The notes: a model not told the origin generated them from the sequence alone. DNA of 64,000 nt from Thermodesulfobacteriota bacterium (GCA_965220925.1 OZ244851.1:1500040-1564039); one strand, 5' to 3'; counted from the stretch's first letter, positions 35,651-46,938 are shown. A program made the numbers and translations.

Positions 35651-37600
35651 ATGCTTTCGGTAGGAATAGACGCCGGAGGGACTTTTACCGATTTTGTTTT
35701 CTTCGACGGAAAAGAAATATCGATAAATAAGGTTCCCTCGACTCCCGAAGACCCCTCGATGGCGGTGCTCTCGGGTCTTGCGGAGTGCCCCGCGAAATCT
35801 TCCCCGATATCCGAAATTATTCACGGAACCACCGTAGCCACAAACGCCCTTTTGGAGCGCAAGGGCGCGAAAACCTGCCTTCTTACGACGAAGGGTTTTG
35901 AAGACGTAATTGAAATAGGAAGACAGAACAGAGAAAAACTGTACGATCTGTTCTGGAGCCGCGACCCCGCGTTCGTTGCGCCTGAGCTTCGCTTCGGTAT
36001 TTGCGAAAGAACCGATTACCGCGGAAAAGTTCTCGCGCGTCCAAGTGAGCTAGAAATAAATGAAGTAATGGAGAAAATGTCCTCCTTGGGCGTTGAGGCC
36101 GTGGCGATTTGCTTTCTTCATTCTTACGCGAATCCGGAAAACGAACGCACAGTCGGCGCCGCGCTGTCTCGGCTGGGTATCCCCATTACGCTTTCTTCTG
36201 AACTGATTGCGGAATTTCGGGAATATGAAAGAACTTCAACCACGGTAGTAAACTCTTACCTGATTCCGAAAGTAAGCGAATACATGCGTTCGCTTTCCCG
36301 TAGTCTTTCCGGGAAATCTCTTTTCATAATGCAGTCAAACGGCGGCGTGATATCTGCGGAGCAGGCGGCCGGCGAGCCCGCGAAAATAGTTCTCTCGGGC
36401 CCAGCCGGGGGAGTGGTCGGAGCGTTTGAAATATGCTCGCTTCTCAAAAGAGACAAAATCATTACTTACGACATGGGGGGAACTTCGACCGATATATCGC
36501 TTTGCGACGGCAAGATAAGTTTTACGGGAGAAAGTGCCCTAGGCGGCGTAGCTCTCAAAGTGCCGATGATAGATATCTCGACAATAGGAGCGGGAGGCGG
36601 TTCTATCGCCTACGTTTCGGAGGGCGGGATTCTTAAAGTCGGCCCTAAAAGCGCCAGCGCCGACCCGGGTCCCGCTTGTTACGGAAAAGGAAATTTGCCT
36701 ACGGTAACCGACGCCAACGTGGTTCTCGGAAGGCTTGATGCCGACCGGTTTCTGGGAGGCGAGATGAAGATATATCCCGAGAGATCTTTTGAAGCGCTTC
36801 GTACGCTTTTTTCCGGTCACTCCGTTTATGAAATCGCCGAGTCGGTAATAAAGATCTCCAATTCGAACATGGAAAAAGCCCTTCGATTAATATCGGTTGG
36901 AAAAGGCTATGACCCGAGGGAGTTTTCCCTCGTTTCATTCGGAGGCGCGGGGGGTCTTCACGCCTGCGCTCTTGCCCGCTCTCTTGGAATTAGAGAGGTG
37001 GTGTTTCCCAAAAACCCGGGAGCGCTATCCGCTTACGGAATGCTGCTTGCCGACTCTTTTAAAGACTACGGAATTACTTTTTTTTCTTCTACTGGAGAGC
37101 GGGAGCGAAAAAACGCCGACCGGAAATTCGAGGAGCTTAAGAAAAACGCGCGTCTAGATCTGGGAAGAGAGGATTTGAGATTCGAAAAATACGTTGACGC
37201 TAGATACAGAAGACAGTCCCATGAACTCACCATTCCCTACGGCGTTTCCGTGGCGAGCGATTTTCACCAAGCTCACCTGAAAGCCTACGGTTATATGAAG
37301 GAATCTTCGGCGGTCGAGATCGTAACGCTTAGACTCAGAGCGTATATGCCGACTCGCAAAGTCGAAATACTTCCCGTTTCCCACGAAGGTTCAAAACCCG
37401 ACTGTTTTATTCAGGACGTGATATTCGAAGGGGAAGAAATAAAGACGAGCTGTTACGAAAGGCGGCAGTTGGGACCGGGCTTTCGATTCGAAGGTCCCGC
37501 TATTTTGTTCGAAAGGACCGCGACCGCTTTTATGCCTCCCGAAGTTTTGTGCGAAGTGGACGAATATGGAAACGTTATAGCCGCGGTGGATTCGAAATAG
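35651..37600 (+). CDS. Hydantoinase/oxoprolinase (HyuA-like) family protein
   Basis: The start is taken at ATG 35651 (MLSVGIDAGGTFTD); an in-frame TTG at 35621 is also possible. A second ATPase motif is DMGGTSTD. No hyuB partner is adjacent. Confidence 0.8.
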   Translation: MLSVGIDAGGTFTDFVFFDGKEISINKVPSTPEDPSMAVLSGLAECPAKSSPISEIIHGTTVATNALLERKGAKTCLLTTKGFEDVIEIGRQNREKLYDLFWSRDPAFVAPELRFGICERTDYRGKVLARPSELEINEVMEKMSSLGVEAVAICFLHSYANPENERTVGAALSRLGIPITLSSELIAEFREYERTSTTVVNSYLIPKVSEYMRSLSRSLSGKSLFIMQSNGGVISAEQAAGEPAKIVLSGPAGGVVGAFEICSLLKRDKIITYDMGGTSTDISLCDGKISFTGESALGGVALKVPMIDISTIGAGGGSIAYVSEGGILKVGPKSASADPGPACYGKGNLPTVTDANVVLGRLDADRFLGGEMKIYPERSFEALRTLFSGHSVYEIAESVIKISNSNMEKALRLISVGKGYDPREFSLVSFGGAGGLHACALARSLGIREVVFPKNPGALSAYGMLLADSFKDYGITFFSSTGERERKNADRKFEELKKNARLDLGREDLRFEKYVDARYRRQSHELTIPYGVSVASDFHQAHLKAYGYMKESSAVEIVTLRLRAYMPTRKVEILPVSHEGSKPDCFIQDVIFEGEEIKTSCYERRQLGPGFRFEGPAILFERTATAFMPPEVLCEVDEYGNVIAAVDSK

Positions 37601-37621
37601 CGGCGTTTGTAAGTAAACGAG

Positions 37622-38203
37622 ATGAACTTAAGAGATAAAATAAAAAAAGCGCTTGACTCTCCCGGCACTTCCCCTGACCCTGGCGAAGAACTTATCCGTT
37701 CCGCGGTGATGGTTATGCTTTGCGAACGCGCGGGAAGTTGCGGAATATGGTTTATAAGAAGGACCGAATACGAAGGCGACGCCTTTTCGGGGCACGTGGC
37801 CTTTCCCGGAGGAAAGAAAAAGCGAAGCGATGCGAATCTTCTAGAAACGGCTTTGAGGGAAGTAACCGAAGAGCTTGGTTTTCAAGTTCTTGATAAGGGA
37901 GAGGTTCTCGGGGAGATGGATTTCGTTCGCGCTCTTACTCCCTCGGTAAGAAATTACGCGGTTAAACCGTTTGTGGCGATTATAGACGCCGAGGCGGAAT
38001 TTTCTCCCAATTACGAAGTCTCCGAATTTTTCGAAGTCCCGGTTTCTCATTTGCTCGACGGAAAAAACAGATGCGTGAGAAAAAGGATGCGCGACGGTCT
38101 GCTAATAGATGATTGCGTGTTCTCTTACGAAAATCACATAATATGGGGACTTACGGGGAGAATACTGAACGAGTTTTTCAAAAAAACTTCCGGGTTTTTC
38201 TAA
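37622..38203 (+). CDS. NUDIX hydrolase (CoA pyrophosphatase-like)
   Basis: 193 aa with the Nudix box GGKKKRSDANLLETALREVTEELG. Confidence 0.8.
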   Translation: MNLRDKIKKALDSPGTSPDPGEELIRSAVMVMLCERAGSCGIWFIRRTEYEGDAFSGHVAFPGGKKKRSDANLLETALREVTEELGFQVLDKGEVLGEMDFVRALTPSVRNYAVKPFVAIIDAEAEFSPNYEVSEFFEVPVSHLLDGKNRCVRKRMRDGLLIDDCVFSYENHIIWGLTGRILNEFFKKTSGFF

Positions 38204-38370
38204 CCCGTATTCCTCCCAAAAGAGGTAGAAACCCGGGTTAAACCTTGCTTAATCCGATTTTGTTTTAGCGAAGCGGATGCTCTCGGGTACTTTTCCCCGA
38301 GCTGTGTTTAAATATATCGATTGATCGTGTAATTTACTTAAATATCTGAAAAAGGCGGTGGTAAAGACCA

Positions 38371-38799
38371 ATGGCATCGGTAAACAAGGCTATAATACTC
38401 GGCAGGCTTGGTAAAGATCCCGAAGTTAGGTACACGGCGAACGGGACGGCGGTAACGAATTTTTCGGTTGCCACTACGGATAGATACAAAGACAAAGACG
38501 GAAATTCCGAGGAGCGCACCGAGTGGCACAGGATAGTGGTCTGGGACAGACTTGCGGAAATATGCGGCGAGTATCTTGCCAAGGGGAGAAGCGTCTACGT
38601 CGAAGGAAGCCTCAGAACCCGCTCGTGGGAAGACAAAGAGGGTAACAAAAGATATACGACTGAAATAGTGGGTAGAACCGTGCAGTTTCTCACGCCTCGA
38701 GGAGAGAGTGCAAGACAAGGGGGTACGCCCGAACCGACCGATGATGATTACGAGGGGTATGAGGGCGGCGGTATGACGGATGACGATGTTCCGTTCTGA
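38371..38799 (+). CDS. ssb: Single-stranded DNA-binding protein
   Basis: 142 aa. The OB fold starts [22 protein letters not shown] and includes TEWHRIVVW. There is an acidic C-terminal tip DDDVPF. Confidence 0.93.
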   Translation: MASVNKAIILGRLGKDPEVRYTANGTAVTNFSVATTDRYKDKDGNSEERTEWHRIVVWDRLAEICGEYLAKGRSVYVEGSLRTRSWEDKEGNKRYTTEIVGRTVQFLTPRGESARQGGTPEPTDDDYEGYEGGGMTDDDVPF

Positions 38800-38839
38800 T
38801 TCTTTTTGTTTTCGCTAATCACAAATAAATGCTCAAGTT

Positions 38840-40225
38840 ATGTCTCTAGCCGTTATAATCCTCGCTGCTGGCAGGGGAGTTCGGATGAATTCCGAATTTC
38901 CCAAAGCGTTGCACCCGATTTTAAAAACCCCCATGCTGCGCTATGTTCTAAACGCCGCCCGCCAACTAGATCCCGAAAAAACCGTTTTGGTGCTCGGACA
39001 CGAGTTTGAGTCCGTGGCGGCGGCCATTTCGGAATATTCCGTCGAAATCGTAAGGCAAAATCGGCAGCTTGGCACTGGTCACGCGGTTTTATGCTGCGAG
39101 CGGGTTTTTGAGAGTTTCAAAGGAGACGTTCTTATACTGAGCGGAGACGTTCCCGCCTTCAACTCGTCTACTCTTTGTGAATTTTTCGATTCTCACAGGC
39201 GAAACGAGGCGGAGGTGTCCTTCATCTCTGCGTTTGCGGAAAACCCGGACGGATACGGAAGGGTGGTTAGAGATTCAAAGGGAAACGTTTCGCACATAGT
39301 GGAGCACGGAGATTCAACGGAAGCGGAAAAAGAAATAAAGGAAATAAACTCGGGAATCTACTGCGCGCGTTCCGCTTTTCTTTGGGAAAATTTAAAGAAA
39401 CTTAACGCCAAGAACAGTCAGAAAGAGTACTATTTACCTGGAATAGTCGACCTTTGCGTTTCTATGAAACGAAAGCTTTCCGTTTTTACCGCGACGGACT
39501 ACAAGGAGGTGATCGGAGTGAACACGAGAGAGGAACTTTCCAACGCGGAAAAAGCCCTGAGACTTAAAATAAACCGCCGTCACATGGAAAACGGCATTAC
39601 TATACAGGACCCCGAAACCGTCTACATCTCAGATTCCGTAAGCATAGGAAAAGACACGACGATATACTCTAACACGCACATTTACGGAGAGACCTCGATA
39701 GGGTCCGGTTGCGAGATAGGACCCTCTGTATACATTGAAGATTCCGGGATAGGAAACAACGTGGAAATAAGATTTTCTTCGTATCTTAATGGATGCGAAG
39801 TGGAAGACGGCGTGATAATGGGTCCCTTTTGCCATTTGAGACCCGAAGCCAAGATAAAAAAAGGAGCCAAGATCGGAAATTTTGTCGAGATAAAGAAATC
39901 GGAAGTGGGAATAGGTTCCAAGGTACCTCATCTTTCCTACGTGGGTGACGCGAACGTTGGAAACGGGGTGAATATCGGGGCGGGAACCATAACCTGCAAT
40001 TACGACGGTGTGAACAAAAACAGAACCGTTATAGAGGACGGGGCGTTTATAGGAAGCGCCACTATGTTGGTTGCCCCCGTAAAAGTTGGAAAAGGCGCCG
40101 TGACCGCGGCCGGTTCGGCTATAAGCAAAGACGTCTCTGCCGACGCTTTGGCAATAGAGCGTTCCGAGCAGAGAGAAGTGTCCGGGTGGGCCAAAAGAAA
40201 AAAACCTAAGAAGGAAAAATCCTGA
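38840..40225 (+). CDS. glmU: Bifunctional GlcNAc-1-P uridyltransferase / GlcN-1-P acetyltransferase
   Basis: 461 aa. N-terminal ILAAGRGVRM, followed by C-terminal left-handed beta-helix hexapeptide repeats. Confidence 0.93.
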   Translation: MSLAVIILAAGRGVRMNSEFPKALHPILKTPMLRYVLNAARQLDPEKTVLVLGHEFESVAAAISEYSVEIVRQNRQLGTGHAVLCCERVFESFKGDVLILSGDVPAFNSSTLCEFFDSHRRNEAEVSFISAFAENPDGYGRVVRDSKGNVSHIVEHGDSTEAEKEIKEINSGIYCARSAFLWENLKKLNAKNSQKEYYLPGIVDLCVSMKRKLSVFTATDYKEVIGVNTREELSNAEKALRLKINRRHMENGITIQDPETVYISDSVSIGKDTTIYSNTHIYGETSIGSGCEIGPSVYIEDSGIGNNVEIRFSSYLNGCEVEDGVIMGPFCHLRPEAKIKKGAKIGNFVEIKKSEVGIGSKVPHLSYVGDANVGNGVNIGAGTITCNYDGVNKNRTVIEDGAFIGSATMLVAPVKVGKGAVTAAGSAISKDVSADALAIERSEQREVSGWAKRKKPKKEKS

Positions 40226-40226
40226 G

Positions 40227-42056
40227 ATGTGCGGAATAGTCGGATACATCGGTCTGCCCGAAAAGACTCAAAGCGTTCTCTGCGACAGCTTGGTAAGACT
40301 TGAATACAGAGGTTACGATTCTGCCGGAGTATGTTTTTTGGAAGGTGAGAAATTCCGGGTGGTAAAAAGCCGCGGGAAACTTTCCAACCTGCTTTCAAAA
40401 CTTGAAAATCGCCATATTCCTTCAACTGTCGGCATAGCGCACACCAGGTGGGCTACTCACGGAGAACCGTCGGAGCGAAACGCGCATCCGCAAATATCGG
40501 GACCGATAAGCGTGGTTCATAACGGCATAGTGGAAAATTACCCGCAGCTAAAAGAGGAGCTTGCTTGCGCGGGCTACGAATTTGTTTCTGAAACCGATAC
40601 CGAAGTAATCGCTCATCTAATAAACTTCTTTTCGAAAGACGGAAAATCCCTGGTTGAGGCTTCAAGAGAAGCGTTTGCGAAAATCCAAGGTTCTTACGCC
40701 GTGGCGATTATGTCGGAAAAAGAGCCTGGAAAGATAGTCGCTACCAGGCGTTTTTCTCCCCTCGTAATAGCGCGAAACGGAGCCGAATGTTTTCTGGCTT
40801 CGGATATTCCCGCTATTTTGCCTTACACGAAGGAAGTAGTTTTTCTTGAAGATAACGATTTCGCCGTTTTGGACGAAAACGGAATCTCGATAACTGAATC
40901 TTCGGGCAAAAAAGTGTCAAAAGAGTTTAAAACGATCGATTGGGATCCGGTAGCGGCGGAAAAATCGGGTTATCGTCACTATATGCTTAAGGAAATTTTC
41001 GAGCAGCCAAAGGCGATTTTCGACACATTAAGAGGAAAATTTACGGCGGACATGGGGGAAGTGATTCTCGATGGAGTGGACTCCTCTCTTGCCCAAAAAG
41101 TCCGAAGAATCATTGTTATTGCCTGCGGCACTTCCTATCACGCTTCCCTTATAGGGAAATACATGATTGAGGAAATAGCTCGCGTTAACACTCAGGTGGA
41201 ACTGGCTTCTGAATTTCGCTATAGAAACCCCGTTACGACTCCCGACACTCTTGCGATAGTCGTTTCGCAATCTGGCGAGACGGCCGATACGGCCGAAGCT
41301 TTGGCGAAGGCAAAGGAACTCGGGATGGTTTCCTTGGGAATAACCAACGTTGAACTGAGCAGAATTTCCAGGGAATCGGACTGCGTAATAAATACGAAGG
41401 CAGGACCCGAAATTGGCGTCGCTTCCACAAAATCGTTTACTTCCCAGGTAATGGCTTTCTATCTTCTTTCCATATACATGGGGATTTCAAGAGGCGTTAT
41501 AGATTCCGCCGCAGCGAAGCGACTCGTGGGAGACGCGGTTTCGGTATCTAAGTTGCAGCAACGCGCTCTTGAACTTAATGAGCGGATAAAAGACATCTCA
41601 AAAGATTTTTACAGATACGGAAACTTCATTTACCTCGGCAGGGGAATCAATTACCCCGTAGCTCTTGAAGGCGCTTTGAAACTCAAGGAAGTATCCTATA
41701 TCCACGCCGAGGGGTATGCGGCCGGGGAGATAAAGCATGGCCCGCTGGCACTAATAGACAGAAATATGCCCGTAGTGTTCATCGCTCCCGAGGAAGACCT
41801 TTACTATAAAAAACTCCTTGGAAATTTCCAAGAGGTAAAAGCCAGAGGAGGGCGTATTATCTTCATAACCAGCGATGAAGCGCTTAAACTTCCGGACGAT
41901 GTCGATAGAAAGATAATTATCCCCAAAAGCCCGTACCTCGTGAGTCCCATGATATCCATTATTCCCGCTCAGTTTCTCGCATATCACATCGCAAACATTC
42001 TCGGTACCGATGTGGATCAGCCGAGAAACCTGGCGAAAGTGGTGACGGTGGAGTGA
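40227..42056 (+). CDS. glmS: Glutamine-fructose-6-phosphate aminotransferase
   Basis: 609 aa. MCGIVGY Ntn nucleophile, two SIS domains, and a C-terminal ...LAKVVTVE. Confidence 0.96.
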   Translation: MCGIVGYIGLPEKTQSVLCDSLVRLEYRGYDSAGVCFLEGEKFRVVKSRGKLSNLLSKLENRHIPSTVGIAHTRWATHGEPSERNAHPQISGPISVVHNGIVENYPQLKEELACAGYEFVSETDTEVIAHLINFFSKDGKSLVEASREAFAKIQGSYAVAIMSEKEPGKIVATRRFSPLVIARNGAECFLASDIPAILPYTKEVVFLEDNDFAVLDENGISITESSGKKVSKEFKTIDWDPVAAEKSGYRHYMLKEIFEQPKAIFDTLRGKFTADMGEVILDGVDSSLAQKVRRIIVIACGTSYHASLIGKYMIEEIARVNTQVELASEFRYRNPVTTPDTLAIVVSQSGETADTAEALAKAKELGMVSLGITNVELSRISRESDCVINTKAGPEIGVASTKSFTSQVMAFYLLSIYMGISRGVIDSAAAKRLVGDAVSVSKLQQRALELNERIKDISKDFYRYGNFIYLGRGINYPVALEGALKLKEVSYIHAEGYAAGEIKHGPLALIDRNMPVVFIAPEEDLYYKKLLGNFQEVKARGGRIIFITSDEALKLPDDVDRKIIIPKSPYLVSPMISIIPAQFLAYHIANILGTDVDQPRNLAKVVTVE

Positions 42057-42146
42057 AGTCGGTCCGGATGATTTTGAAGAAGTTGAAATAAAGGAAAAAA
42101 GAGCGAACCACAAAAACTGGACAGTAAGTTATTTGAACAAATCAGT

Positions 42147-43022
42147 CTAAAACGCGTAGCGAAGAGACATTTGCAGTCCGTGACTTTTAAGATCCGCTTG
42201 CGTTTTAAACAGTGGAAGAGGGCAGACCACGCAACTTCCGTCGTCTTTTCGAATAACTTTTCCATCTCCCTCGCCGGTTTTCACGGTGCCATGATCCACG
42301 TAGCGCCATGCTATATCCAGCGTAACTCGATCTCCAAGAGGAATCGCGGTCCCGGCAGTCAGCGTCCAAGCCAGGCTGATTTCTTTTCCTCCGGGTACGA
42401 TAGTTTTTCTGTTCGGAAAATCAATTTCCGTTTCCCCGATACTAATTCGGGAAAAACCGAATCCGCCTCCAACAAACGGACTTAAGGGAGCGGACCACGT
42501 TAATCCCAGTTCGCTAAGATCTAGATAGGATACAAACAATCCGGACCAAGACGAAAGTTCCGCTGAGACTGACTGTGGGTAATCAAGGTCGGAAATCGTA
42601 TAATTCGCAAAACCGTCGAAAGAAAAATCCGGATGTCTGTAAAAAAGGGCTTCAAGCCGCAAAGCGGGTATAGCGGCGTAGCCGACACCTAACTCGAAAC
42701 CTTCCATAATTCCGAAATCCCCAAGAGAGCGAAGCCGGTTGCCGTCCTTGCTCGGGGCCGCGCAACCGTAAAGATGCTTGTCGGAACAGTCGTTGTCGGT
42801 AAACTGAGCTTCATCCGACCAGTCGAAAACTACTCCGGCGCGAATATAGAAATCATTTGAAGACGATTTCTCACCGCCTTCGGTTACGTTTGTCGGAGGG
42901 TTGATTTTCGGAGTATCGTTTTTTTGTCCAAACGCGGTAGCTGTCGAAAACGCAATCGCAAGGACTGTAAATAAGGACTTTCGCAATAATTCGTTAAAAT
43001 TCATGTTGAATCTCTTTTTCAA
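42147..43022 (-). CDS. Outer-membrane beta-barrel protein (porin-like), function unknown
   Basis: 291 aa. Signal peptide ...ATAFGQ, alternating amphipathic strands, and a C-terminal aromatic signature ...LRYAF. Confidence 0.6.
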   Translation of the reverse strand: MKKRFNMNFNELLRKSLFTVLAIAFSTATAFGQKNDTPKINPPTNVTEGGEKSSSNDFYIRAGVVFDWSDEAQFTDNDCSDKHLYGCAAPSKDGNRLRSLGDFGIMEGFELGVGYAAIPALRLEALFYRHPDFSFDGFANYTISDLDYPQSVSAELSSWSGLFVSYLDLSELGLTWSAPLSPFVGGGFGFSRISIGETEIDFPNRKTIVPGGKEISLAWTLTAGTAIPLGDRVTLDIAWRYVDHGTVKTGEGDGKVIRKDDGSCVVCPLPLFKTQADLKSHGLQMSLRYAF

Positions 43023-43253
43023 TTGTTTTTGTGCCTTATAATAAATTCAGAAGATGGCAACTACGGGAATAACACCTGATTACTGGATAGTTTACAAGCC
43101 GGAAGTCCTTTGTTCCGTTGTCGCGCTTAAAACACAAATAGAGACAAGACGCCGTCGGTTATCGTAGGTCGGGCGGTTTAAACGATAAAATCCGCGTTTT
43201 ACAAAAAAGAAAGACTTTCGACCGGAAACGAACCCGGCATAATGCTATAGAAC

Positions 43254-44945
43254 ATGCATGATATTATCGGTGAAATTTTACTTCTTCTTGCCGCTACCGT
43301 ACTCGTCGTAGCGCTGTTTCGACGTCTCCATTTACCACCTATCTTGGGCTATCTCTTTACGGGCGCGATTTTGGGGCCGCACGCGTTGGGATTGCTTGAG
43401 GACGGAGAAGTAGCGCGCTTTTTGGGAGAAATAGGAATAGCTTTTCTTCTGTTCATTATAGGTCTTGAATTCTCCGTTCCTCAATTCTGGCGTATGCGCC
43501 GTATTTTGCTTGGTCTCGGAGGCGCGCAAGTTTTCATAGTTACGGTCGTAGGATCTCTTTTCGCTTGGTACCTGGGTATTTCGTGGCCTGTTGTTTTGAT
43601 TGTCGGCGGCGCTTTGGCGATGTCTTCCACCGCTATTGTTATGAAGCAGCTTACCGAACAGGGCGAATTGCACAGTCCTCACGGGAGATTGGCCGTTGGG
43701 ATTTTACTGTTTCAGGATCTTGCGGCGGTTGGTTTCTTAGCCGTAATTCCTATTTTGGCCGCGGAAGGACAAAGTTCCAACTTGGACTTTCTTTATGCTT
43801 TGCTTCGGGCGGTTTTCGCGCTTGGAGTCGTTTTAGCCGTCGGTCGCTGGTTGCTGAAACCGCTTTTTCAGGAAGTCGCCCGATCGCACTCAGAAGAGCT
43901 GTTCACACTGACCGTGTTGTTGGTTTCTTTGCTTGCCGCCTGGTTTACGCAGCAAATGGGTCTCTCTCTTGTGCTCGGGGCGTTTCTTGCGGGAATGATG
44001 CTTAGCGAAACTGAATATCGGCATCAGATAGAGACGGAGTTAAGACCTTTTCGGGATATTTTGCTGGGCTTGTTTTTTATCACCGTGGGTATGCAGTTGA
44101 ATCTGACGTTTTTCCCCGCTCTATGGCCTTGGGTGGTCGTATTGCTGATAGGGCTTGTGGTGGGCAAAGGAGCTTTGATCGCGCTGCTTGCGACTTTCGG
44201 CAAGGCCGATAAAACAACCGCCTTATGCACCGGTTTGGTACTGGCTCATGGAGGAGAATTTGGTTTCGCGCTTTTGGCCTTGGCTATTGGCAAGGGTTTG
44301 CTGCTTCCCGAGCACAGTCAGGAAATATTGGTAGCTATAGTGGTGTCGATGCTTCTGGCTCCGGTGTTTATTCGTTACTGCGCTTCTATAAGCGGATATT
44401 TATTCCCCGGAAGGTCGAACGAAGCCAGGCAGGTTGCCGAAATAGCGGCCGTCTTGGAAGAATCGAAGCCGCAAAATCATATTATTCTCTGCGGTTACGG
44501 TCGAGTGGGACAGATGATCGCCTCCGTATTGCGGCTTGAAGGTATTCCTTTCGTCGCGCTTGATAAAGCTCCCGACCGAATAAAAGAGGGTTGGGAAGAC
44601 GGGGACAACGTATTTTACGGGGACGCGAGTCGCGTGGGGATTCTTCACGCCGCCGGCATTTCGCGCGCGCAAGCCGTCGTGGTGACTTTCAACGATACGA
44701 AAAGTGCCGTGAAAATCGTCGCCAATACGCGCCGCCATAACAAATCGATTCCGATTCTGGTGCGCGCCAAAGACAAAGCGAATTTACAGTTGCTGCTTTC
44801 AGCCGGGGCTACCGAAGTGATTCCGGAAGCCGTGGAAGCCGGTTTAGCGCTGGTAAAGCAATTACTTCTGGCACTGGAGTTGTCCGAGGAAGAAGCCTCA
44901 AAACATATACTTGCGCTTAGAAAAGAAAATTATAAGTTATTTTGA
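43254..44945 (+). CDS. CPA2-family monovalent cation:proton antiporter with a C-terminal TrkA-N/KTN domain (KefB/KefC-like)
   Basis: 563 aa with about 12 TM segments, followed by the Rossmann motif IILCGYGRVGQ. Confidence 0.85.
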   Translation: MHDIIGEILLLLAATVLVVALFRRLHLPPILGYLFTGAILGPHALGLLEDGEVARFLGEIGIAFLLFIIGLEFSVPQFWRMRRILLGLGGAQVFIVTVVGSLFAWYLGISWPVVLIVGGALAMSSTAIVMKQLTEQGELHSPHGRLAVGILLFQDLAAVGFLAVIPILAAEGQSSNLDFLYALLRAVFALGVVLAVGRWLLKPLFQEVARSHSEELFTLTVLLVSLLAAWFTQQMGLSLVLGAFLAGMMLSETEYRHQIETELRPFRDILLGLFFITVGMQLNLTFFPALWPWVVVLLIGLVVGKGALIALLATFGKADKTTALCTGLVLAHGGEFGFALLALAIGKGLLLPEHSQEILVAIVVSMLLAPVFIRYCASISGYLFPGRSNEARQVAEIAAVLEESKPQNHIILCGYGRVGQMIASVLRLEGIPFVALDKAPDRIKEGWEDGDNVFYGDASRVGILHAAGISRAQAVVVTFNDTKSAVKIVANTRRHNKSIPILVRAKDKANLQLLLSAGATEVIPEAVEAGLALVKQLLLALELSEEEASKHILALRKENYKLF

Positions 44946-45045
44946 AAAATAAAGAGCCGGTCGGTAACGTCGAAGACTGCCGAAGCGTTAAGGTAGGAAG
45001 ATTCCCGTCGGCGTTTTTTAAATCTGATTTTATAAGAGGTTTTAA

Positions 45046-46320
45046 ATGAAAGTACTTGTCGTGGGAGGAGGCGGAAGGGAGCATTCTCTTTGCTGGAAGA
45101 TAAGCCAGAGCGCTTTGGTGGAGAAAGTTTTCTGCGCCCCGGGAAACGCGGGTGTAAGCCGCCATGCCGAGTGTGTGAATATTCAAGTGACCGATTTCGA
45201 TTCTCTGGTTGACTTCGCGAAAAAAGAGTCGGTGGACCTTACCGTGGTCGGCCCCGAGCTGCCTTTATGCGAAGGGATAGTGGATGTTTTTCAAAAAGAA
45301 GGCCTTTTGATTTTCGGTCCGACAAAAGCCGCGGCGAAGCTTGAGGAGAGCAAGGCTTTCTCCAAAGATCTGATGAAAAAATACGGTATTCCGACCGGAG
45401 AATACTTCGTTTTTACCGATTTTAAAAAAGCGTTGGCGAAAATAAAAGAAATAGGACCTCCTTTTGTGATAAAGGCCGACGGCCTTGCGGCCGGCAAAGG
45501 AGTCATCATATGCCATTCAGTCGAGGAAGGAAAAACGGCGCTGAGTTCCATAATGGAGCGTAAGGTTTTCGGAAGCGCAGGATACAAGGTGATTATAGAG
45601 GAATTCTTGGAAGGCGAGGAGGCCTCTTTTTTCGTTTTCACCGATGGAGAGAACATAATCCCTCTTGAACCTTCTCAAGATCACAAACCTCTTCTAGACG
45701 GCGATAAAGGTCCGAACACGGGTGGTATGGGCGCGTACACTCCGGCTCCCGTGGTGGACAAGCGATTGAGCCGGAAGATAATTGACGAAGTTATGGTTCC
45801 GACTATTCAAGCGATGAAGACCGAAGGAAGAACTTACAGGGGAATACTTTACGCGGGACTTATGATTCGTGGCGAGACTCTGAAAGTGCTTGAATTTAAC
45901 TGCCGTTTCGGAGATCCCGAAGCGCAACCGCTTCTAATGAGAATGAAATCCGATATAGTGCCTATCTTCCATTCCGTGGCGTCGGGAAGGATGGTGACCG
46001 ATCCGATAGAGTGGAAAGACGGATTCAGCGTCTGCGTCGTGATGGCTTCCAGGGGTTATCCCGGTGATTACCGAAAAGGAGTAAAACTTCGGAAACTGAA
46101 GGATTTTCAAGATAGCGACGACGCTATGATTTTTCACGCCGGAACGAGATTTGAAGGAGACGATATTGTTACAAACGGGGGCAGAGTTCTCGGAGTTACC
46201 TCTTTTGGCGATACCGTGCGCGGCGCCATAGCCAGAGCGTATGAAGTGGTTGACTTCATATCGCAACAAGATCTGGTCTACAGAAGAGATATAGGTGAAA
46301 AAGCCCTTTTAAGGATTTAA
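45046..46320 (+). CDS. purD: Phosphoribosylamine-glycine ligase
   Basis: 424 aa. MKVLVVGGGGREH and the ATP-grasp motifs VIKADGLAAGKGV and EFNCRFGDPE. Confidence 0.95.
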   Translation: MKVLVVGGGGREHSLCWKISQSALVEKVFCAPGNAGVSRHAECVNIQVTDFDSLVDFAKKESVDLTVVGPELPLCEGIVDVFQKEGLLIFGPTKAAAKLEESKAFSKDLMKKYGIPTGEYFVFTDFKKALAKIKEIGPPFVIKADGLAAGKGVIICHSVEEGKTALSSIMERKVFGSAGYKVIIEEFLEGEEASFFVFTDGENIIPLEPSQDHKPLLDGDKGPNTGGMGAYTPAPVVDKRLSRKIIDEVMVPTIQAMKTEGRTYRGILYAGLMIRGETLKVLEFNCRFGDPEAQPLLMRMKSDIVPIFHSVASGRMVTDPIEWKDGFSVCVVMASRGYPGDYRKGVKLRKLKDFQDSDDAMIFHAGTRFEGDDIVTNGGRVLGVTSFGDTVRGAIARAYEVVDFISQQDLVYRRDIGEKALLRI

Positions 46321-46483
46321 AGCGACGCTACCGCGGCGCTTTTCGCGCGTTTTTCGGGGATAAAATTCAAAGACGACGGAGTTTTTTTCCAACTGCGTTT
46401 TTATTGTATTGAAAACCTGTTTTCTTTCTGTAGTATATCCGTTTCCCGATTACGGGATATATAAGTTTTTTTGCGCTGATTTA

Positions 46484-46513
46484 TTGACATGAATTCATTT
46501 CTGAGATTATAAT
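46484..46513 (+). promoter_or_regulatory. Candidate sigma-70 promoter of the str operon
   Basis: TTGACA (46484-46489), an 18-bp spacer, then TATAAT (46508-46513), about 36 nt upstream of the rpsL ATG. Confidence 0.5.
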
Positions 46514-46549
46514 GCTCCGATTACCCAAAATTTGGGAAGGGATATTTTT

Positions 46550-46921
46550 ATGCCTACGATAAGTCAATTGTTAAGCAAGGGAAGAGAGACGGTCAAGAAA
46601 AAAAGCAAGGCCAGAGCTCTTCAGAGATGTCCTCAGAGAAGAGGAGTCTGCGTCAGGGTTTACACAACCACTCCGAAAAAACCGAACTCCGCTCTCAGGA
46701 AAGTCGCGAGGGTAAGACTTACAAACGGTATAGAAGTGACGGGGTACATCCCCGGCGAAGGCCATACCTTGCAGGAGCACTCCGTTGTTCTCGTAAGAGG
46801 AGGCAGGGTGAAGGATCTGCCAGGGGTGAGATATCATATAGTTAGGGGAACTCTTGATTCCACGGGAGTCGAAAACAGAAGAAATGGACGATCGAAGTAC
46901 GGAGCTAAAAAGCCCAAATAG
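46550..46921 (+). CDS. rpsL: 30S ribosomal protein S12
   Basis: The start is taken at ATG 46550 (MPTISQLL...). It carries the conserved [10 protein letters not shown] motif. Confidence 0.96.
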   Translation: MPTISQLLSKGRETVKKKSKARALQRCPQRRGVCVRVYTTTPKKPNSALRKVARVRLTNGIEVTGYIPGEGHTLQEHSVVLVRGGRVKDLPGVRYHIVRGTLDSTGVENRRNGRSKYGAKKPK

Positions 46922-46938
46922 TTTGTCGGGAAAAGAAA

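Noticed and set aside
40200-40230. I checked for a glmS ribozyme upstream of glmS.
   Set aside because: glmS starts 1 nt after the glmU stop, so there is no room for a ribozyme leader.
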